This document shows, piece after piece, positions 25,475 through 37,428 of a DNA stretch of 58,791 nucleotides. This DNA comes from Pseudogymnoascus verrucosus (taxonomy: Eukaryota). The translations under genes and the position numbers were made by a program. The DNA is taken from assembly GCA_001662655.1 (NCBI GenBank), contig KV460216.1. The stretch is one strand, 5' to 3'. Under the pieces are notes generated by a model. That model saw nothing but the letters and a program-made list of their open reading frames with translations, was not told the DNA's origin and did no database searches. Positions within the stretch are counted from its first letter, which is position 1, and each line of letters starts with the position of its first letter.

Positions 25475-26816
25475 GGTGAGGGCATGTGCTGGTTTGGCTC
25501 GTTGTTTGGTCTTTGCGAGATAGACTGTGTGATGATTGAGAACTGATTGAATGGTAACTGAATGATTCTTGACTGATTCTTAACTGATGATAGAGAGATA
25601 TTGTCGAGAGGATGTCTGGGGAGGATGTTTGGGGGCGCCCGAGAGGATGAAGTCATGATGGCATGATTGCAATGCTGAGAATGGAAGGGAAGGTGCGAGA
25701 GGGTAGTTAAAACCAAGGGATAGAAAGAGCAGGAGCTGTTGATGAGCAAATGGCGGGAGAGGGTGGCTCAGAGAAGGATGGAAGGAGCGACTGAGAGGTG
25801 GTAGTTGCAACATTGTAAACAATGCGCGAGACTATATGAAAACAAAATGGAAGGAGCCAAAGGGAAGCCGCAACAGAAAGAGAAAGAGCGAACCCCAACG
25901 TCACGTCACCTCGCGAGGAAGTCACGACCTCCATAGTGTGAAGGAAGGGGCGATAGACACAAGGCGATTAAAAATGTGAGAGAAGGAGCAATACCAGTTG
26001 AACGCGGGAAGGAAGGACCGAGACACTACATCTGAGACAGGAACAGAAGGAGCTAAGGGCGTCCCTGCCAGGCCAAAGAAGCCGCCAGGTGAGAATGATA
26101 TGGAAGGACCGACACGCCATAGCCAAGAACTGAAGAGCCAAAGAAAGAGCGATGAGTGGCATTGCCCAACCTACTCAGGGAAGTCGCGAACCAGCAGCCA
26201 AAGCTCCTTCCTGACTCAGAAATGTACCAGGCGCGTATTAGGCTCGTGTTGGCGCCATCATTGTTATAACCGGCCCGACATGCCATCGTTCCGTCGTTGC
26301 TTGCTGGCTGCGTGCGAAATGATAGGCTTTTCTGCTCATTGAATGTATCTTGAGTAATGCAGTGAGAGATGTCTGCGCAACTCTGCCGATGAGGATCATC
26401 CGGGAGGATGCACGGAGCTATTCCCGACCACATGCCTGCACCCACCCCTTTTTCCATCCCCTTTTCACCCCTTTTCAACCCTTTTCATGCACTAAACAAC
26501 ACATCCTTCTCCATCCTATTTCCACCCCTTTTCTTACTGTCCAAATGACACACAAGACAATCCATACTACTATCTAACTAACCATCCCATCCCGCATATC
26601 ATCTCACAAAATCTCTCCCAATATAAATTTTCCAAGGACACATAATATACGAATTTAAAATGCAAAATATATAATACAGCTTTTCTATTTCTATTCGTGT
26701 ATGCCCGCTATATAAAAAAAATACAACTCAAAAATCGCTCTAGATCGCACACGTCACATCACCTTCCGCCGACAATCCATCATATATGTGTACCCGCCAT
26801 CCATCCCACCACAGAA

Positions 26817-27180
26817 AAGCCTCTCACATCAAACACCACACCCCCCATCCCAAGAAGCCTCTCGACATGACTACAAACGCTATATGCAAGGGGTAAACGA
26901 AAGTCTCTCGACATCAGTGCTGGAAAGTCTCTCGACGTCACAAATATTTCCCCCTTTCCCGTTTCCTGTCCCATGTCCCATGTCCCATACCCATACCCAT
27001 GCACCATACCGTGTAACCGATCCATATACCGTTCCGAATGCCATTTGTCCGTTTGCCCGGGCGCTGTTAAAGTCTCTCGACATCAAAACGACAAAGTCTC
27101 TCGACATCAAAACAACAAGTCTCTCGACATCAAAACGGTTGCAAGTCTCTCGACATCAATGCTCAAGTCTCTCGACATCA
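26817..27180. repeat. Array of the 16-bp motif AAGTCTCTCGACATCA with variable spacers
   Basis: Perfect copies at 26901, 27070, 27094, 27117, 27143 and 27165. Variants at 26817, 26855 and 26925. Confidence 0.95.
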
Positions 27181-27268
27181 AAAATGTGTTACCTTCACCT
27201 CATCCCAACGACCACAACACACCCACAACACACCCATACCAACAGCGTACCACACAGCACGCAGCCAC

Positions 27269-29226
27269 CTACACAACCCACTCCCAAAACTTCCCCCAAA
27301 GCGTCGTCGGCGCAATGCTCTCCCACTCCTCATCCTCGCACGCCAAGCTGCCAGTCAGAATATCCGCCTCCGCAGACCTAACCCACTTGGACCTCGTGAT
27401 AACCTTGTGTCCCACAAACAGCACCACGAAGAGAATCAAGCTCACATACGCCACGAAGAACTGCGTCACATCCCACGGCATGAATGCCGTAAAGCCCTGC
27501 GTGATGCAGATCAGCACGTTGAAGAACAGCCCGTACCACGCGTACCACGGCTGCCACGGCGCGCGGTACGGGAGCGTGTCGCGCGACACGCCCTGCGCCT
27601 TCAGCGCGCGCATGAAGCAGATGTGCGAGGCTCCGATGCTGGCCCACGTGATGAAACCCGCGACGGCGCTGATGTTGAGGAGCCACTCGAAGACGGTCGA
27701 CGCCCCGGAGGAGAGGTTGAGGAAGGCGAGGAAGCCGAATACGGAGGTGAAGATGACGGCGTAGTAGGGGACGCCGCGGGCGGAGGCGCGGGCGAAAAAT
27801 TTCGGGGCCGAGCCGTCGTGCGCGAGTCCGACGAGAATACGGGAACCAGAGTACACGTTGGAGTTTGCGGCGGAGAGGACGACGAAGAGGAGGACAGCGT
27901 TGATGAGGCCTGGGAGGACCTTGACGCCGGCCAAGTCGGCCGCAATGACGAAGGGGGAGGCGGTGGCGTCGGAGGCGGAGGACATCAGGCGCTCATTGGT
28001 GTACGGCACCAGCAGGCCGATGAAGAAGACGGTGAAGACGAAGAAGAAGAGGATACGCCAGAAGGTCTTGCGGATCGCGGACGGTACGTTCTTGCGCGGG
28101 TTCTCGGTCTCGCCGGCGGCGATACCAACGAGTTCCGTGCCCTGGTACGAGAAACCAGCTTGCACGAGCACGGCCCAGAAGCCGACGAACTTGGATACGG
28201 GGTTCGACTCTGGAAGGAGGTATGAGGCGAATGCGCCGGGGTCTTTCCAGTACCTGAAGCCGAGGTAGCCCTCCTTGCCTGCACCGGCATCAATGCAGAT
28301 GCCGAAGATGAGGAAGCCGATGACGGTGATGACCTTGACCATGGAGAACCAGAACTCAAACTCGCCATAGAAACTGACGGGCATCATGTTACAGGCAACA
28401 ATGAAGACCCAGAAGACAGCGATGAAGATACCGATCGAGAGGGAGGGGTCCCAGTACTGGATGATCAGTCCCGTCACGTTCAGCTCCAGCGCGAAGGTGA
28501 TAGCCCACGAGAAGAAGTAGATCCAGCCCATCGCGAAACCGATGCTAGGGTCAACGAAACGAGAAGCATATGCCGTGAAAGCACCGGAAATGGGAATGTG
28601 TGTGGCCAGCTCGCCTAGTGACATCATGACGCTGTACACGACCGTGCCGACGAAGATGTATGCGATGAGTGCGCCTGCTGGTCCCGACTTTGCGATGGCT
28701 CCACCACTACCGATGAAGAGGCCTGTTCCGATTGTTCCTCCTGTTCTGTATTAGCCTTCATCAAGAAATATGAGAAAGGAGCAATGGTCGAGATGTGGGA
28801 TGGGCGAGGCAAGAGCGATGGATATGGCATTGCGGGGAAAGAGCGAGTGAGGGCAGGAGTAATGGACATGGCATTCTTCAGGATAAGGAGGAAAGGGCAA
28901 TGGGCATAGGGCTGACCGGTGATGAGGAAGGAGCAATGGATACATCATCCCTAGGAAAGAACGAGTGTGCGAGGAAGGAGCAATGGGTACTACACTCCTC
29001 GGGAAAGAGCGACTATGTATTGCGAGATCATGAACATACCAATAGCAATCATCTGGAGATGCCTCGCCTTCAGCCTCCTCTGCAGCTTCGGCGCCGAAAC
29101 CTGCTCCTGCAATTCATGCTTCTCATCATCCCCCGAGTGTATGGACGGGCTGGTCTTGATGTCCGTGGAGGCCTTGTGGTGCGAGGCGGAGGTCACCTCG
29201 CCGATGGATTCGGGACCACCATGCAT
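27269..29226 (-). CDS. Amino-acid permease, APC/YAT family, Can1/Lyp1-like (probably basic amino acids), 2 exons
   Basis: LQRRLKARHLQMIAIG/GTIGTGLFIGSG across intron 28741-29039. Also SWAITFALEL, YGEFEFWFS, FSYQGTELVGIAAGE and SAANSNVYSGSR, with multiple hydrophobic helices. Confidence 0.93.
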
Positions 29227-29990
29227 CGTGATGGTGCCTGAGTGGACGGATCACAACGGCTGTGATTCGAGCAGTGAGGGGTGTGAAGACGAGCAGGGAA
29301 TTCGGAGATGGAAGGGAGGACTCGATATACGCCCTCTCGAGAGGCAGGAGGAGATCCGCGATCGGTGATGGGCAACGTCGGATGGTGATGAAGTCGTGTG
29401 AGCACTCTCTCCGCTGTCAGCGGCGATCGGAGGGTCGGGGTTAGTAAGGGGAAAGTGGAGGGAGAGGGGGGAGGAGGAGGAGGTCGTTTGAGGGGAAGAC
29501 GGCGTGGGAGGGAGGAGTCAATTGCACTAGCATGATGGAGCGGGAAGGGAAGAGTTTTGTCATCAGAGATTAGAGGGCAAATCTGGGGAAGTTGAGGGGG
29601 ACTAGTAGGAGTTTGGGTTAGTTGGGGATATCGGGTGGGTAGTTTGGGGTTAGATAGTGGCAAGAGGGCAGATTATTTAGACAGAGATAGGCAGTTGTTT
29701 GGCCAGAGATACCCACAGATAAAGCATTTCAGCGGCGGGTGCCCAGTGGCAACACCGATGTGAGGCAAAAGAATGGAGAAAAAAGCCGATCTCAGGTAAT
29801 GGCGTTGTCATGGCGGCGGGGGGTAATTCCGGTGCGATGAGATTAGATCGCGGGATGTGGTTGGAGAGAGATATGGAGATGGGATCGAGATGGGATCGAG
29901 ATTGGATGTTCGGGGTCGCCGCCCCGCCGCCGAGGTGGTTTATTGGGATTTTCACCGGAGAATGCCCGACGAGAGCCGTCAGTTCCGTGA

Positions 29991-30160
29991 GAGTCACGTG
30001 AGTTCAATTACCGAAGTTGGGAGCTGCGCACGTGAAATTGTCACGTGACTAGACTATAAGTTGTATTCACGTAATAGCTTACTAAACAAGATTTTTCAAT
30101 CACGTGTGTACGCATGTGACATTCCAAGATTAGTAAGCACCTCATGACTATAATCACGTG
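29991..30160. promoter_or_regulatory. Dense cis-element module: 5x CACGTG, 2x TTA(C/G)TAA, GAGTCA
   Basis: CACGTG at 29995, 30029, 30042, 30101 and 30155. TTACTAA at 30079 and TTAGTAA at 30130. GAGTCA at 29991. Confidence 0.6.
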
Positions 30161-31710
30161 AAACCACAAGCACGTCCAGCTGCAGTACCTGTGGATCTCT
30201 GCCCAACATGTCTTCTCCACTACACATCATTCCCAACTGCGCACCAGATCACCAACGTCAGTGTCAAGATCCGCATTACGAGCAGAAGCCCACAGTGAGC
30301 ACGTTGTTTTGTCTCATCGCCAGCTCGCATTGTCTCATACGCACCTTCTCTCGATCTGACCGCGCGCTAACTCTCTGCATCTAAATACTGTACAGACCTG
30401 CCTGTCTTGCCTGCGCGTTGATGATCTTTCCAGCCTTGAAGGATACTGCTTATTGTGTACAGCACAGCATACAGCGCAACTGACTTGGCCGCTTTCCCCC
30501 GCGGTGAGCGCGCCTGCGAGCGAGGTAGGTGATGGTCGGCTAGCCATCGCCGATCATCTGGACCTGGATACCCTTCTGGAAGGTCGAGAGCGTTGACAGC
30601 TTGGCGGCTTGGCGGGACGGGTCGGCCATGATGGTGGGTGGTGGCTTCGGAAGCGTCTTTTGGGGCAAAACGAGGCGTTGGCTAATTGTTTCATAAGGTA
30701 GTGTGAAGGGTGAAAGAGGGGGAAGAAGGGAGGAAGAGAAGGAGGAGGAGGAGGAAATGCTAGTTTGAGATGACGAGGTAGGTCCATCGGTCCAAGCTGC
30801 GAAACAAGCTGCGAATAGTACGTGAGAGTGCGCGATCTTGTAGTCACATGACACCATCCCAACCTCGCCGTACCCTCCTTCCTCTCTCTCTCATTTCTCA
30901 TGCGGCTGCTTCGTGTTGTGTGACGAGTACATGCTGGGTTATGCTGGGATATTGTGGGATATCGTGAGATATACTGGGATATACTGGGATATACTGCACG
31001 GTACTATACTATACGGCTCTGTAGGATCGTGTACGCCATCGCTATCAGTATCCCATCAGTGCACTGTGCACTTCCACCTCACCATCTCACGATCCTACGG
31101 AACCGCCAAGGCTCTATCCCTCCCTCCCTCCCCTATTCTCCCATTCCGCCGTTCTCCCTTTCCTTCTCCCCGCTCGTATCTCGTACTTGTACTCACCTTG
31201 GTTCATCTCATCCCATCCCATCCTTCTCCCCGGCGCATACTCTCTGCCCCTCCCTCCCCCCGTTCATTCCGGAGTGCCATGCGCCATACTGGTATGCCGT
31301 CCTCCCACCCCGCCGCCACTAAACTTAGAATGCGCCTCGAGGCTTATCTGCCCCATGAAACCCCCAGGGTGACACCAAATGCGACCAAATACCACCAACC
31401 GGTCCCAGGATGACCTCGCCGAGACGTTACATGGCAGGGACTGCCCAGCATCACCAGCAGCAGCCAGCGAACAGCAAGTCGCATGTGCCTGCCCAGCCAA
31501 CAAGGCATGGCTGTGTATGCATGTGTGTGAGTACTATACTATGTAAACAAAACGCCGACCAGCGACCGCCGACGACGGCCACCAGCAACCAACCACCGCC
31601 AACCATCACCGACGACATCCCAGCCACCTCTTCCCGCACCTTCCCCCTTCATCTTCCTCGTCCGGCACTGGGGTCTGCTGGCCACCACCCCAAGGCCCTA
31701 CCAAGCCTGT

Positions 31711-31826
31711 GCCAAGTCTGTGCCAAGCCCGCGCCGAGAAGTGCCAGTGGCTTGGCGCGATGCGCCATGGACGCACGCCTGTCAGCCGCTCTCATTGGCT
31801 GCGGCGGGCGTTTGATGCGCCTTGGC
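31711..31826. promoter_or_regulatory. PacC (GCCARG) site cluster upstream of the alkaline protease
   Basis: GCCAAG at 31711 and 31722, CTTGGC at 31751 and 31821. Further sites at 31105, 32687, 33096, 33270 and 33281. TATAAA at 33295-33300. Confidence 0.55.
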
Positions 31827-33386
31827 GGCTGCCGATTACAACAACATCGGCCGCCAACTGACTCCTTGCTCCTTTTCTGGGTCTGATGTTTCGCTGTCTC
31901 AGTTGTCGATGTCTCACCCACGCACACGACGGCAAGGTGTGCACCATGCATGTGCCCGCCAAACAAGGTATTGTAGCTAACTATGTATCCCATGTGCAAA
32001 TCCACCGCAAATCTACTACAAATCCGTCGCGACAGGTACGTTGTTGCCCCCTGAAGTTTCTCAGTTTCTCAGCTTCGATACTTCTCTTCTTCGCTTCCAC
32101 CCCATTTCTTGTCGTCCCTTCGTCCCTGTCTCATCTCATTCTACCATCTGATATACGGCTGTGCCCTGGTATATCTCGCCGAAACCATCATGGTCACTCT
32201 TCCCTGCTCCCTACCCCTTCCCTGTCCTTGGTATCCCACGCCGCTACAGCAGTCCCGCGGACCACCCGCTGCTGCCAACTGCCGCTGACCAACCCCTCAA
32301 TCATCCCCCTCAAACTCCTTCAGCCCCTCCAATACCCCCCTTCCCTAGCATCCAAGCAAGCATGCTTTCATGCAGCCATCCCGCATCCACTATACCCGAC
32401 CCTGTTACCTAACTGGGGCATATCACATATACTTACCTGCCTACCCTACCGCCGATCTACTCCCACGAACATCACCCTCCCTTTCGCTACTGTCGTCCCT
32501 CCTTCTTCAATCGTAATCGCTTCTCCTGCACGCCACGCCTCCGTCCCAGAAGACTAAAACCTTCTGTTCTTCCGGCCTTCCACTCTCAGTATCATGTCTC
32601 GGATGGTATCATGGGGATTATGGAGCCACGGGCATGCCGGAGCTCGGCAGTGCGTGACCCCTGCCACGAGACGTTGGCAGACCACTCTTGGCACCCTCAG
32701 CATCCCTCATCACCCCTTGACGCTTCTCCACCCGTCCCCTGATACCATTAGCCGCTGCACAGGGATCCCTATGTTTCTTAATTGGGAAATCGCACCTCCG
32801 CAAGCATCAAGCTCGGACTGCCCGCCGACCGCACCGCCTCCTGATCGGCATCGGTGATCTTCAATCATCAACCCATCATAGGGCAATCACAGGCCTATAA
32901 GCTCGCCGGCCGTGCTTGTAGCTTCCTTCTCGGGGCTTCTCTATTCTTCCTCGACGAACCATCCCACCATCATGCCCTCCTCATCCCCCCGCATCACACC
33001 CCTTCTCACCCCTCTCATCTGCCCTCTATCTATCTGACCGAATCAACTTCCCAATCAAGAAGCCCGCTCCCCATATCCTCCGCTGCCGGCGTCTGGCCAA
33101 GCTTGACCACGCCGCCAGATCGACATGACTTACCCTCGGGGCATGTCGCCATCGCGATACGCACATCACGTCCATCACGGAACTACATCCGAATAGGCAG
33201 TTGTCACTTCGCCTCCCTTAATGGTTCACCGTCCTTAGCTCCCGTGAGCCCAATCTCGCAAGATCAGGTCCTGGCCCGTTCCTGGCGAACCTTCTATAAA
33301 GCTCAGCGGATATCCCGCCTCCAGTCTCACTATTATCCTCATCCACATCTCCTCACCATCACATCACCAGTCCTCCACCGAACATC

Positions 33387-34703
33387 ATGAAGTTCTCCCA
33401 GAGTCTCATTGCCCTTGCGGCCTGCTTCCTGCCCCTCATTGCTGCTGCCCCCGTCGAGGCACAGAACGCCAAGATTCGCAGCCCCGGAGCCCAGGCTATC
33501 ATCCCAGACAGCTACATTGTTGTCTTCAACAAGGGTGTCAATGATGCCGACATCGAGTCCGAGTTCGCTTCCGTCAGCCGCATCCTGAGCAAGCGCAGCT
33601 CTGCCCACAGGGGTGTTGGCCACAAGTACAGCATCACTGGCTTCAAGGGCTACCAGATCGAGACCGACACCGCCAGCATCGGTGAGATCGCCGCGTCACC
33701 TCTGGTATGTGATGACACCCAGTTCTAAAAACCTGCCGCACATGACTAACGAGCACCAGGTCGCATGGATTGAGAAGGATGGAAAGGTCCAAGCCAACGC
33801 CCTCGAGACCCGCTCTGGTGCTACCTGGGGTCTTGGCCGCATCTCCCACAAGGCGGCTGGCTCTAACAGCTACATCTACGATAGCTCCGCTGGCTCGGGA
33901 TCCACCGTCTACGTCGTTGACACCGGAATCTACATTGAGCACTCGGTTAGTCTCCATTCACGCTTATTGCCCCGCATTGAAATTTCCTACTGACACCTAC
34001 ACAGGAGTTCGAGGGCCGCGCCAAATGGGGCGCTAACTACATTTCGGGCTCCCCGGATACTGATGAGAACGGACACGGCACCCACTGTGCCGGCACCATC
34101 GCTGGCGCCACTTACGGTGTTGCCAGCAAGGCGAACCTTGTCGCCGTCAAGGTCCTCGACGCTGACGGATCCGGTTCCAACTCTGGCGTCATTGCCGGCA
34201 TCAACTTCGTTGGCCAGAACGGCGGTGATGGCAAGTCTGTCCTCTCCATGTCGCTCGGCGGCTCCTACTCCGCTGCCCTCAACTCTGCCGTCGAATCCAC
34301 CATCTCCAACGGCGTCACCGTTGTCGTCGCTGCCGGTAACGACGATGCCGATGCTTCCAACTACTCCCCCGCCTCTGCCAAGAACGCCATCACCGTCGGT
34401 GCCATCGATAACACCGACACCCGCGCCGACTTCTCCAACTACGGCGCTGTCCTTGACGTTTTCGCCCCAGGTGTTGACGTGAAGTCCGCATGGATCGGCA
34501 GCAAGTCCGCCACCAACACCATCTCCGGAACCTCCATGGCCACCCCCCACGTTGCCGGTCTCGCCGCCTACCTCATCGGTCTTGGAGGACTTAGCTCCCC
34601 ATCCGCTGTCGCCGCTAAGATCGCGTCCATCGGTGTTCAGGGCTCTGTCAAGGACCCCAAGGGTAGCATCAACCTCATTGCTTACAACGGCAACGGTGCT
34701 TAA
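33387..34703 (+). CDS. Secreted subtilisin-like serine protease (S8A, proteinase K-like; Destructin/PdSP1-like), 3 exons
   Basis: Signal peptide MKFSQSLIALAACFLPLIAA and an I9 propeptide (SYIVVF). Catalytic motifs VVDTG, GHGTHCAGT and SGTSMATPHVAG. Introns 33705-33759 and 33946-34004. Confidence 0.96.
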
Positions 34704-37428
34704 AATTTCTCGCTTTTTGACGAGAGGTGGAGGGATGAGGATTTATGGATCATGAATTTATGGGAGGGAAGGGGACGTATCTTCTGAACTATATATTGAT
34801 TAGGGAGGATTGTTTGGATAGCTTAGCTAGCTAGTTGGTGGGGGTGTGGAGGTTGTGGTAGAATTCAATAAATGTGTTTGCTATATTGCATGACTGTCTT
34901 ATATTTGTTGGTTGAATAATGGTTTGGGGGAGAGAAAAGTGGTTGGTTTTGGAAAGTTGTCTTCTCTCTTGTTCCCTTTGATTTAGATGTCGTTTGTGTT
35001 CCTCATCGATATTAACTTCGTTTCGACAGTCTACGTTATCATTTCTCGATGTCGAAACTCAATTTCGAAGAGCGGGGGGTTGAGGCTTAGCTGAGCTGGG
35101 ATTTGCGGATAAACAAATTCTTGAATCGGTGACATAAAGCTCATACGTGTAATGTGCGTAAAGGTATATTGAGGTAGTCAAGTGCTCCGGTCCCTGGTGC
35201 CCTACCTTAAGGACCAGACCTACTCACTTGGCCGTTTACTTCCATTTCTTCGTATATATATCACAGGTATGTGCCGATGAATTGATGGGATCAAAGGCGG
35301 GCAAAAGAAAGAGCCAGGTGGGAGAGATCGGGGCTCAAGATTATCCGCTACGAGAATTGTAGAGGAAATGAGGTAGCTGTGAGTGGTGTGAGTGATACGT
35401 AATGATCAAAAAATCGCTAGCAACGATGACAACTGCGACAGTGACAGCAGCGCAACGGCAGCGGGAACAGTAACGGTGACAAGAGTGCCATAACAGACAC
35501 CCTTTGGTGACAGCACCCCGGCAAGGGACCCGAGGCTGGTATCAGGTTGGTTTCTGAGCACAAACGAAATTTGCAGCCATATATAGTCCAGTCACTCACC
35601 ACGGCGGTGTCCCAGAATGCCGCAAATCCAACATGCTGATTTAATTTAGCTCGAACCGTAGTTATTGATTTTATACCCGACGACAAAAGCTTTCCCGCTT
35701 GTGAGTGAGCTTAAACCACCATACCGGTGAGGGGATGCCCCAAAGGGGATAGATATACCAGCCACATAGGAAATAGCACCATGAATATGAGCCAGAGAAG
35801 AAAGGCGGCGGGAGCGATTACCTACCTTGACTTGCTTTAGTTTCATCCGCGGATAGCGCATCGGGTTTGCTTTCATGTCGTCCATACATCCAATCACCCT
35901 CATTACCAGCCCATAGAGTGCCCCGCAGCGCGCCTATCGGTATGCCGGCCGTCTGTCGATTAGCTCATGGCCAAGAGGGCCTGGGCCTGGACAAAAACAC
36001 TGCCAGTGGCGCATGCATCCTACCTGGTCTACACATCCTACCTGGTCCATGCCCATTCACCCGCCCCCTGCACCGCCCATCCACACCTCATGCTCATGCA
36101 AGCTAGACCTTATCTCTCGATTCGCACATCACCCAGAGGTGGGAACCTCATAGTGATAGCCCAGTGTAGATCCAGAAATAGATTGGCCACAGAAGCGGGG
36201 AAGGGCAGGTATAAAAAGTCGGACGACTGTGGCGAAGGGAGCATCGAGGATCCTAACGTTTAAATAGTACAAGAAAGTAAGAGATAGAAAAGGTCACGGT
36301 GACGAATATGAGATTTCAACAATTGTCGGCAACTCGTGGCGAAATACGGAGGATAATTGCACCAACTGCTGTGGTAACGGTGGTGAGGGAGTCATGGGTT
36401 CCCGGGTGTTGCGGTTCTGTTACCACCTGGGATTGTTGTCACCCGGGGGCAGTGTGATGTCGCAGTAGCGCTCTTGTCGTCACTGTTACTCTCACTGCGG
36501 TAGTCGCTATTGATCCTTACCATTTAGAATCCTCGTCTTTCCTCGTGGTTTCTTCACGGAAGATACCACGGCCGCCCCAACCCCACAGCTACGCTGCCTT
36601 GTTGAATATGCGATTGATATCCATCTGCATCCTTGCCAGATTTCCATGATATATAGAAGATAGAAGTTATAAAACCACGCTTAGTGATAGTATGTGTGTG
36701 TATGTTAGCTGTATCTAGTTTAAGCTCTTCCTCAATCAAATTGACGCTGAAATTAAGAACGAGAACGAAAATGAGAGGGAAAAAAAGAAGAGAGGAGAAT
36801 CCACTCACCAAAATATACAGCTTTCCTCTTCTTCTAGCACCGAAACGTCGATTTACTTCACGAAGCTGGGCCGTTCGTTCTCTGGTGATGCATGAGTTTA
36901 CGACGACCATGAAACCAAGTCCCCTGTGAAATCCAACCTCTACCCATGTCAAAGTGCTAGAAAAGGACAATCGCCGCCCCGTTCCAGACGATCCGTACGG
37001 AAAATAGGAAAGACGGATGGCTGCCCAGAGGAAAGAATGTGGGTTGGATTGTTTTGCAAGCGTTGACGAAGGGTGATGGAGCTCTGGGGTTGGGGTCATT
37101 CTTGGAGGTGAGGATTCTTGTCACCGCGAAGTCCTGTTGTCATTTGTCATTGTCATGCGTGGTGCTGTTGCTGGTGGAAGTACAGTTATGGTTGCTGTTG
37201 AAGAAGTATCCGAGAATAGGAACACGAGCCGTACTGAACTGAAAGCTTCAGATATGAGACTGGCAGGTAAAATGAAAGTCTTTGACACCAGAAGCTACAA
37301 CTAATATAGTTCATCTGGAATAGCGGTTTAACCCGCCACGCATCGAGAAACAATATGTAGGTAAATATAGAATCACCACCAGATCCCAGCCATCTATTAT
37401 CTCAACATTTCTATCAAATACAACTCGT

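Noticed and set aside
26190..26220. AGCAGCCAAAGC resembling SRP RNA helix 8
   Set aside because: The complementary 5' strand and GNRA tetraloop geometry are missing.
26817..27180. CRISPR array interpretation of the 16-bp repeat array
   Set aside because: Eukaryotic context, repeats too short, spacers mostly only 6-10 nt, and no cas genes.
30540..30629. 29-codon minus-strand ORF MADPSRQAAKLSTLSTFQKGIQVQMIGDG in good start context
   Set aside because: Too short, with no recognisable family or convincing splice continuation. It cannot be supported without conservation data.
32429..32439. ATACTTACCTG, matching the U1 snRNA 5' end
   Set aside because: The downstream sequence is C/T-rich, with no recognisable U1 stem-loops or Sm site. 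It could equally be a chance match or a minus-strand splice donor.
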